The notes beneath the pieces were generated by a model. That model was not told where the DNA came from. It saw only the letters and a list, made by a program, of their open reading frames with translations, and did not search any database. Shown here in pieces: positions 1-6,655 of a stretch of 64,000 nt of DNA. The translations under genes were made by a program, and so were the position numbers. Position 1 is the stretch's first letter; each line of letters starts with the position of its first letter. The DNA lies in sequence record OP310983.1; one strand, written 5' to 3'.

Positions 1-54
1 AGCTCAAGAGACTTGCTGAGCTATGCTGCAACACCAATACGAGGATCGTTAATT

Positions 55-552
55 ATGAACCGCATGATTCCTGCAAATGAGCGTGACAGTGAACTCAGTC
101 TCTATGGCTATTTGACCTCTGTTGTAACTGGTGGGGTTGCTTGGGATTATAACCCTATCGTTCTGCTGGAGAAGATGTGTAATCGTGATGATGAGGCCAT
201 CTGCATGGGTGAACCCAATTACGATCAATTACGTTTGATCGGTGCAAGGGGTATGTTCGAACAGATCTCTGAAAACATCCTGTCTCGCAATGAACAAATC
301 ATGGATGGTGTTCGTGATTTCTTCAAAGATGGTCTCCAGTTGAAAACCAATGTAGATGACATGTTGGTGAGACTGAATTATCAAACTGTGCATAACGGGA
401 CTGATATGGATGAGGTGATCATGGTAAACTTGTTCAAAAAAATTGATGGTGATTATGTGGTTGCTCATAAGTGCACATATGACCCTCAAGATTGGAAACA
501 TGCGTTATATTACTTCACCAATGCCTCCATGATCAGTCAAAAACAAAAATAA
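55..552 (+). CDS. hypothetical protein (accessory region)
   Basis: Track ORF 13..552; likely start ATG at 55 after GAGGA SD; no recognisable motif. Confidence 0.7.
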   Translation: MNRMIPANERDSELSLYGYLTSVVTGGVAWDYNPIVLLEKMCNRDDEAICMGEPNYDQLRLIGARGMFEQISENILSRNEQIMDGVRDFFKDGLQLKTNVDDMLVRLNYQTVHNGTDMDEVIMVNLFKKIDGDYVVAHKCTYDPQDWKHALYYFTNASMISQKQK

Positions 553-593
553 ATATCATGCATATCCCTTCAGGTAATTTTAGAGAGGTTATT

Positions 594-869
594 ATGAGCA
601 ATAAAGATGTATCAATGATCCCAGTTTATGAAAATCACTTTGTCACTACTGGTGCTACTCCACGACATGAAGCAATTGTGGTATGTCGTGAATATGGTAT
701 TAATCCATTAGATGATGCACCATTTCGGGGTTCATGGGTGATGCGCTACCGAGAGACTGGCAAATTCATTGATTGTTCCAGGGATATTGATGATTTAGCT
801 AAGAAATATAATCTGACCATTCATAAACCAACCATTGAATTATACACCAGCACGTATATTGGTCAATAG
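594..869 (+). CDS. hypothetical protein
   Basis: Track ORF 492..869; start moved to ATG 594 (MSNKDV) after GAGAGG SD; followed by hairpin. Confidence 0.7.
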   Translation: MSNKDVSMIPVYENHFVTTGATPRHEAIVVCREYGINPLDDAPFRGSWVMRYRETGKFIDCSRDIDDLAKKYNLTIHKPTIELYTSTYIGQ

Positions 870-900
870 AAAAAAAACCACCCTTATATAGGGTGGTTTA
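870..900. terminator. hairpin/terminator
   Basis: AAACCACCCT-tatat-AGGGTGGTTT (875-899) with A-tract upstream. Confidence 0.6.
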
Positions 901-915
901 TAAAAGAGGTGAAAT

Positions 916-1179
916 ATGCATAAACTTAATCCTGGTTGTTATCCATTAACTATAAATCCTAATGGTAAGTTTCTGAATAAAGACGATTTACGGAATCTTC
1001 CCAATGGGATTTATGTAACTTCTCCGTTACATGGTCCTAGGGTATATAGCCATGATCGACGCGTTATGGTTGATGGTGATTATTGTTATCTAATCACTGC
1101 ACCGAACATAAAATTCAAGGTAAGTGATTTCTTTAAATATAATGTAGTTTATTATCCGAGCATTTACCTCAAGAGGTAA
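916..1179 (+). CDS. small hypothetical protein, paralogue of 1535..1762
   Basis: GAGGTG SD; shares NLPxGxYxxxPxHGP...xDR motif with 1535..1762. Confidence 0.7.
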   Translation: MHKLNPGCYPLTINPNGKFLNKDDLRNLPNGIYVTSPLHGPRVYSHDRRVMVDGDYCYLITAPNIKFKVSDFFKYNVVYYPSIYLKR

Positions 1180-1186
1180 TAAATAA

Positions 1187-1471
1187 ATGGCAAACGAATG
1201 CACTCCCGGTGTCTGGGATACACTAGTTGACTCGACAAAAGAAACTGAAAACCTACGTATCCGTTCCCAACTCATGCGGGCTCTCACCCGTACTATAAAG
1301 GGCTGGGATCTTCCGCAAAAAGACGCTGCTGCTCGCCTACATGTTACGCAACCGAGATTGAATGATCTTCTCAAAGGCAAGATTGACAAGTTCTCTCTGG
1401 ACGCCCTGGTAAACCTACTGGACGCGGCTGATCTGACTCTTGAGATATCAGTGATCCCACGTGCAGTATAA
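1187..1471 (+). CDS. XRE-family HTH protein, HigA-like antitoxin type (HTH_37-like)
   Basis: QKDAAARLHVTQPRLNDLLKGKIDKFSLDALV is a typical XRE/HigA-type antitoxin HTH; visibly more GC-rich than neighbours. Confidence 0.8.
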   Translation: MANECTPGVWDTLVDSTKETENLRIRSQLMRALTRTIKGWDLPQKDAAARLHVTQPRLNDLLKGKIDKFSLDALVNLLDAADLTLEISVIPRAV

Positions 1472-1534
1472 ACCATGGGGACGCAGCTTGATACGGCCAC
1501 CGGGTGGTTTCATGACAGCAAGGAAATAAAGAAA

Positions 1535-1762
1535 ATGACAACTGATAAAAAGTTTAGTATTAAAGAACTCGGATGGGAAAAAGCCACTAATCTACCCGAT
1601 GGTGAATACTACACTATTCCTAAACATGGACCACAAAACTGGCGGTATGATCGCAAGATTATCAAAACCAAGAACAGTGTAAAACTGGTAAATGAACCAG
1701 ATTATAGCTGGTCAGCCCCATTCTTTTTCGAGGCAAATAACTTGTTAATCGAAGAACCATGA
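1535..1762 (+). CDS. small hypothetical protein, paralogue of 916..1179
   Basis: Track ORF 1475..1762; likely start MTTDKK at 1535 after AAGGA; NLPDGEYYTIPKHGPQNWRYDRK. Confidence 0.65.
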   Translation: MTTDKKFSIKELGWEKATNLPDGEYYTIPKHGPQNWRYDRKIIKTKNSVKLVNEPDYSWSAPFFFEANNLLIEEP

Positions 1763-1920
1763 CTATGAAACGATCACCAGGTTATTTTAAAAGAGTAGTA
1801 AAAGAACTAACTGAGCGAGAGAACATTATACATCAGAAAGTTCTTAAATACATCAATGATAATCCGAATATTTCTTATAAAGAAGCACGTCAGATAGTAA
1901 CTAAGGAGATTATAAAGTGA
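1759..1920 (+). CDS. 53-aa hypothetical protein (not in ORF track)
   Basis: ATGA overlap with upstream stop and GTGA overlap with downstream start; MTMKRSPGYFKRVVKELTERE...KEIIK. Confidence 0.65.
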   Translation: MTMKRSPGYFKRVVKELTERENIIHQKVLKYINDNPNISYKEARQIVTKEIIK

Positions 1921-2129
1921 CTATTTCAATTCCTGCATCAGTTCGTGGTGAGTTTGGAATTTATTACAAAAATAATAAGAATCTTCGACTGGGTCAGGCA
2001 TGGCATAATTACATGCGTCTTGAAAATATCCAAAATGAAATGGATAAAGAATGGGCTGATAAACTCTGGAATGCTTCTGATAAAGAAGCAGCTGATATGG
2101 TTGATGAAGCCACTAATTGGACTATGTAA
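1917..2129 (+). CDS. small hypothetical protein
   Basis: GTG start overlapping upstream TGA, AAGGAG SD. Confidence 0.7.
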   Translation: MTISIPASVRGEFGIYYKNNKNLRLGQAWHNYMRLENIQNEMDKEWADKLWNASDKEAADMVDEATNWTM

Positions 2130-2168
2130 CTAAACAATATTCAATATAGTAAATAAGGAGAAATACAA

Positions 2169-2312
2169 ATGACCAATGAAGAAATTATCGCAGATGAAAG
2201 TAAATGGGCCGATGACAGTGAGGCGGTCGGCTGTGAACCAGTTGATCTGTTTATTGATTTTTACTGGGTAGAGCCCGCTCATCATACCCAAGAAGGAAAA
2301 GAGGATAATTAA
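2169..2312 (+). CDS. 47-aa acidic hypothetical protein (not in ORF track)
   Basis: AAGGAG SD at 2155-2160; MTNEEIIADESKWADDSEAVGCEPVDLFIDFYWVEPAHHTQEGKEDN; stop abuts next start. Confidence 0.6.
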   Translation: MTNEEIIADESKWADDSEAVGCEPVDLFIDFYWVEPAHHTQEGKEDN

Positions 2313-2313
2313 C

Positions 2314-2589
2314 ATGGGTGAATATACACAGAATGGTATTCGTTATTTTCGTCCGGATGATACCGAAGATACCTTTTATGTCTTGGGTGATTGTTATGTG
2401 GCCAATACTATCGCCGATATTATCAAGATGGCAACTAAGAAATGGGGTGATGGTATTACTCTTGATATGATTAATATCAGTACTGAATATATCCATACAA
2501 GTTGTCTAGGGTATGATGAGTACGACCCTAGCGATTATAGTAATTATCTATGCATCTCTCGTATTAGGGAACCATCGCTGGTTAAATAA
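2314..2589 (+). CDS. hypothetical protein
   Basis: GAGGA SD; followed by terminator. Confidence 0.7.
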   Translation: MGEYTQNGIRYFRPDDTEDTFYVLGDCYVANTIADIIKMATKKWGDGITLDMINISTEYIHTSCLGYDEYDPSDYSNYLCISRIREPSLVK

Positions 2590-2597
2590 ATCAACGA

Positions 2598-2631
2598 CAT
2601 AAGCCCTCTCCTTCGGGAGAGGGCATTTATT
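2598..2631 (+). terminator. intrinsic terminator (phiKZ-type hairpin family)
   Basis: CATAA-GCCCTCTCC-ttcg-GGAGAGGGC-ATTTATT. Confidence 0.8.
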
Positions 2632-2754
2632 CAGTTAAACATTTAAGAATAAAAGAATTAGCCCTACTGCTGCAACAGTAGGGCTATATGCCGTTGAGTA
2701 AAAAATACTCAACATTTTCGCCCAAATGGGCTTGGATTAACAAGAGGAACCATC

Positions 2755-3060
2755 ATGTTAATTCCAGTTACCGCTAACAATGTTAGCCCTGACCTGCACA
2801 GAATGCAGGATGTGGGTTTCTTTTTCAAGAGACCCGATGGATCAACCCATAGCATGTCAGTTGCGAAAATACACGCTGATAATGTTATCCAATGTCGAGA
2901 TCGTAAAGGTCACTTCATTGGTTATTGGGCTGGTCCTACGATAGGATACGTCAACAACGCAAGTTTAGCCGTATCCATCAACCCCTTCGACAATTTCATA
3001 GTAACGGACACTGACATGGATCAGAAGAAGTTCTATGTAACCGAAAGGAGAAGCCTATGA
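2755..3060 (+). CDS. hypothetical protein
   Basis: GAGGA SD; standalone unit bounded by hairpins. Confidence 0.7.
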   Translation: MLIPVTANNVSPDLHRMQDVGFFFKRPDGSTHSMSVAKIHADNVIQCRDRKGHFIGYWAGPTIGYVNNASLAVSINPFDNFIVTDTDMDQKKFYVTERRSL

Positions 3061-3067
3061 TAAACAA

Positions 3068-3110
3068 CCCCTCTCCTTCAGGAGAGGGACTTATCTGAAT
3101 TCTTTTTTTG
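3068..3110 (+). terminator. intrinsic terminator
   Basis: CCCTCTCC-ttca-GGAGAGGG followed by T-rich tract. Confidence 0.7.
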
Positions 3111-3117
3111 TTTAAGT

Positions 3118-3595
3118 GAGAGCCGCCCGCTAAAGCGGCTCCCAAGTGGAGTTAAGTCTCCCGCTAAAGAGACACTCCAGTATACATGGGGTAGCGACTC
3201 CTCATGTAGATATCCTAATTAATCTCTTTAGCTAGTAATCAATACCAGTTATCACTCGTTGATAATTGATTTGTTTATTAACTAATTTGACTTAATCAGA
3301 ATAATCAATACATATTGTTAATAACCTAGTATATTATTACCAGTATCATTGAGTAATACTGGTAATCAAATATTACTCATGAATATTACCTAATGTGGAA
3401 CTGATGAATCGGATCGCCCCGTAGGGGCTTTTATTTCATAATAAACTATACCGAAGGTATATCCTTATTCTAATAATAAACAATATTAGCATTATTCTAA
3501 TAGCGTTAGCTAATACATACTGTCTCCCTAAAAGGAGACACAGTGTAGATTATATTTTTTTAATTAAAAATAATAAGTCTAGAGATAGACTTTCT
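3118..3595. other. gene-free, hairpin-dense AT-rich region (candidate origin or ncRNA locus)
   Basis: At least 7 inverted repeats; two share the identical loop CCGCTAAA (3127-3134, 3161-3168); lies between convergent transcription units. Confidence 0.5.
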
Positions 3596-3667
3596 TTATG
3601 CCTTTAATACCTTCTAATTTGCTCTATAATCGATTTTATTCATTATTCACTAGCATATTAGCCATAC

Positions 3668-3698
3668 GACATAAAAGCCCTCCTAAGAGGGCTAAAAT
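3668..3698 (-). terminator. terminator for leftward unit
   Basis: AGCCCTC-ctaa-GAGGGCT (3676-3693) immediately past stop of 3702..3938. Confidence 0.65.
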
Positions 3699-3701
3699 GC
3701 T

Positions 3702-3938
3702 TTATTTTTCATTAGTTGGATATAGGAGTACAATAGACTCTGCGCATACTTTAATAACTTGGATATTTTCACTGTCATTATTTTTTGATTGTTTATTTTT
3801 AACGCAGTATTCAAATTGTTGGGATTTGAGTTTATATACGTTATTGTTCTCTTCTCCCAGTATTCCTCCAAATACCAATCCTAGGATAAATATTAATAAA
3901 CCACCAATAAAGATAATATAAACATTACCATAGTACAT
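3702..3938 (-). CDS. small membrane protein (N-terminal TM helix)
   Basis: VYIIFIGGLLIFILGLVFGGIL hydrophobic segment; abuts 3940..4308. Confidence 0.65.
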   Translation of the reverse strand: MYYGNVYIIFIGGLLIFILGLVFGGILGEENNNVYKLKSQQFEYCVKNKQSKNNDSENIQVIKVCAESIVLLYPTNEK

Positions 3939-3939
3939 A

Positions 3940-4308
3940 TTACATTAACTCCTTTACATCATCTGGAATAGATTCACACCGATCTAAATCCCAGTAGATG
4001 TGTGTATAGTGATCTTGGTTTACGATACTGATAAAATCCCCATTAGGATCGGGTAATGGTTTACGGATAATATCAACGTAAATAGTGTAATATAAATAAA
4101 GATCACTGATGAGTTCATCAATGTTTAAATTATTACCCTCTGCATATTTCCCATATTTAAAATAATGGGCTTCTTCTGCTACAGCATAACGGATTTTATC
4201 GTAATTTTGTGATGCGGCATATACACGTGCAAATAGAGGGCGATTAAACTTTCTACATTCACTAATATTTTTTCTTAAAGTATTTACTAAATTATCAATT
4301 GCACTCAT
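3940..4308 (-). CDS. hypothetical protein
   Basis: ORF with TAGGT SD, phage-like codon usage. Confidence 0.7.
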   Translation of the reverse strand: MSAIDNLVNTLRKNISECRKFNRPLFARVYAASQNYDKIRYAVAEEAHYFKYGKYAEGNNLNIDELISDLYLYYTIYVDIIRKPLPDPNGDFISIVNQDHYTHIYWDLDRCESIPDDVKELM

Positions 4309-4333
4309 TTAGATTACCTATTAAAATTATAGT

Positions 4334-4360
4334 GCTCTCCCCGAAGGGAGAGCTTTATGT
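4334..4360 (-). terminator. terminator after helicase
   Basis: GCTCTCCC-cgaa-GGGAGAGC (UUCG loop on minus strand). Confidence 0.7.
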
Positions 4361-4362
4361 TG

Positions 4363-5910
4363 TTAATATCCCCAGTCATCTCCACCAGTGGCTTGCATAT
4401 TGCTAAGACTTGGTACAAAGTCCATGTAATTGTTTTCTTCTTTATCGATATCCCATCTAATACCACCAATACGGTCTGGATCAAACGGCATAACAAAATA
4501 GTGATGCTTACTATCACTTACAACGTTACGGTGTTTACCACGTTGTACGGTTAGATAATACTTACCACTTACTTTAACAATGTGGAAGAAGAATTCCAGA
4601 TCAGGTTCTTGTCCAAGTCGGCGACAACCGTCATAGTAACCTTTGTTAGCAACTTGTTTAACAAAGTCTTCTGGTGGGATATTATCCCTGATTAGTTCTA
4701 ATGCCTGAGAACTTAACTGATGCGGACTAAAGAATGTGATACCACGTGGTGCAGTATAGTTACGCATTCGCCTAAATAGGAGACGAACGTCATCACCTGC
4801 TACACTGGTCACTAATCCAGTTTTAGGCAACATGTTTAGATAATCTACGCAGAGATATTGTAGTTCATAACCACGTGCTTGATATGTATCTAGGTAGTTA
4901 ACTAAACCAGCAATCGTAAATTCAGTTGGGTCAAAACGATACATTACTGGTTCAAAACCATTTTCACGGAGACGAGCTGATACATATTCAGCTGCTTCAG
5001 CTTTACTAATAGAACTACGATCTACCTTGATACCTGTTTCATTTTCGTAAATATACTCATAAATGAAAATAAGGTTATCCGGAATCTCATTCTCAAGAGT
5101 AATAAACATTACTAATGGTTTCTTATTGATATCACGCATGTATGGTTTATTAAATAGACACACATGGCAAAATAGACTCATAGAAACGCCAGATTTATAT
5201 TGATGTTGTAGGCCACCACCGATAATAAATTCACCACGTTTTAATGCACCCAGATCACCAAGCATCCTGTTAAAACCTTTCCATCCAGTACGGAAAGCAC
5301 CATTTGGGGAAAGAATAGTTTTAGCTTCCTCAAAGAAGCCTTCAATAGAATCTAAATTACCAAAATCAAGTGCACCCATTTCAGCTGGGTGTTTCTCTTC
5401 AGCACGCGCTCGAATATATGGGTCAGCTCTGGTTGCCATTTCATTAATGATTGCCGGAATATCAGCAGAGCCTCTATTGAAAAGAATTTTTGATGAACAT
5501 TCTTTTACAATAGCTTTTACCTTCTCATCAGCTAAGTAGCTATTTAGATCACGACGATATGAAGTTACACGCATGGCTAATGCCATGCCATTTGGAAATT
5601 CTTCTTCTACTGCATTTTTAACAGCATCGTATAGATAACTTTCTTCACGACAACATACTTGTAGTGATTGTAATACCTGTTGGGTAGCTGGGAAATATGC
5701 TTTCTGTTTCTTATTTAGATCCACTAGTAGATTACGAAGATCTAAAAATGTTTGTCGACCATGATCTACATCTAATGTACCACCCTTATCATTTAGAGTA
5801 TCAAGAATCTCAGTAACCAATTCATTGGATGGTTCCACTGGAGAATCTTCTCGATTTTCTAAACATAATAGAGTGATACATGAAACGAGTAATTGTTTTG
5901 GACTTGACAT
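4363..5910 (-). CDS. dnaB: DnaB-like replicative helicase (phiKZ gp118)
   Basis: RecA-fold: RGEFIIGGGLQHQYKS (Walker A variant), FITLEN, LCVDYLNML (Walker B), SPHQLS, KHR arginine finger. Confidence 0.9.
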   Translation of the reverse strand: MSSPKQLLVSCITLLCLENREDSPVEPSNELVTEILDTLNDKGGTLDVDHGRQTFLDLRNLLVDLNKKQKAYFPATQQVLQSLQVCCREESYLYDAVKNAVEEEFPNGMALAMRVTSYRRDLNSYLADEKVKAIVKECSSKILFNRGSADIPAIINEMATRADPYIRARAEEKHPAEMGALDFGNLDSIEGFFEEAKTILSPNGAFRTGWKGFNRMLGDLGALKRGEFIIGGGLQHQYKSGVSMSLFCHVCLFNKPYMRDINKKPLVMFITLENEIPDNLIFIYEYIYENETGIKVDRSSISKAEAAEYVSARLRENGFEPVMYRFDPTEFTIAGLVNYLDTYQARGYELQYLCVDYLNMLPKTGLVTSVAGDDVRLLFRRMRNYTAPRGITFFSPHQLSSQALELIRDNIPPEDFVKQVANKGYYDGCRRLGQEPDLEFFFHIVKVSGKYYLTVQRGKHRNVVSDSKHHYFVMPFDPDRIGGIRWDIDKEENNYMDFVPSLSNMQATGGDDWGY

Positions 5911-5999
5911 TTTTATAGATTTCCAATTGTGAAATTAAGAGATGTACAGTGTATCATTTAGATAGCTAGTAATTTTAGTGAATGTATTTGCTATATTGC

Positions 6000-6003
6000 T
6001 ATG
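6000..6003 (+). promoter_or_regulatory. candidate late promoter (TATG core)
   Basis: TATG in AT-rich divergent gap upstream of head genes; matches the phiKZ nvRNAP late consensus, but the motif has low information. Confidence 0.3.
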
Positions 6004-6049
6004 TAGACAGTTCCCAAAAGCCTAAAGTTACAATATAGGTACTTTCACA

Positions 6050-6583
6050 ATGACCCAAGTTCTGGTTATGCCAAAAGCTGTTTTTGAATCATATAAAACA
6101 GCAGGTGTACAATTTAACAAATTGTTAGACACCAACTATATAGTTTCCGAAACCTCCGTAAATGATCTTGCGGAGATACATCAGGCTTTAACTGCTTTCC
6201 CCTTTCTATTACCAGAAAAACTAGATATTAAGTTAGCAGTAAGCCCGATAATCAAAGTTGCTGAGTTAGGTGAAATAGACGGTCCTGAACAATTTAAGAT
6301 GAAGGATTTACACAATCGTTTAGAGAGCCGCCTAGCGACTAATGAACTTAGGGATGCAGGTAACCGTAATTTAGTGTACGATTATTACCTATATCCTGTA
6401 GATGAGAATCTGTGGGTTGCGGTGCAGCAGAGTGCGCACATTGCAAGTAGCGATCCTAGACGTGTCTCAATTCAACTTAACCATACTTTCTTTGATAGTA
6501 TGATAAATGAAATGTTGAACACCCGCCCACGTGAATCCGTGGCGTCAACACAAATTTTTACCTATTATTTGGAGAGCTGCTAG
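6050..6583 (+). CDS. gp119: head/capsid-associated protein (gp119)
   Basis: Directly upstream of the major capsid gene; recalled as a phiKZ head protein. Confidence 0.7.
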   Translation: MTQVLVMPKAVFESYKTAGVQFNKLLDTNYIVSETSVNDLAEIHQALTAFPFLLPEKLDIKLAVSPIIKVAELGEIDGPEQFKMKDLHNRLESRLATNELRDAGNRNLVYDYYLYPVDENLWVAVQQSAHIASSDPRRVSIQLNHTFFDSMINEMLNTRPRESVASTQIFTYYLESC

Positions 6584-6655
6584 GTTGATTCCGGAAAAGA
6601 TGCTTAGTAGACCCAAATTTTTAAACCAAAAACTCATCCTACGTAGGAATAAAAA

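Noticed and set aside
1090-1500. 136-aa antisense ORF over the HTH gene
   Set aside because: Fully antisense to a well-supported gene; R/S-rich shadow
3118-3595. CRISPR array or tRNA cluster
   Set aside because: No constant-length direct repeats with spacers and no cloverleaf with T-loop consensus; only loops are shared
3598-3921. 107-aa plus-strand ORF
   Set aside because: Antisense to 3702..3938, crosses its terminator and has no SD
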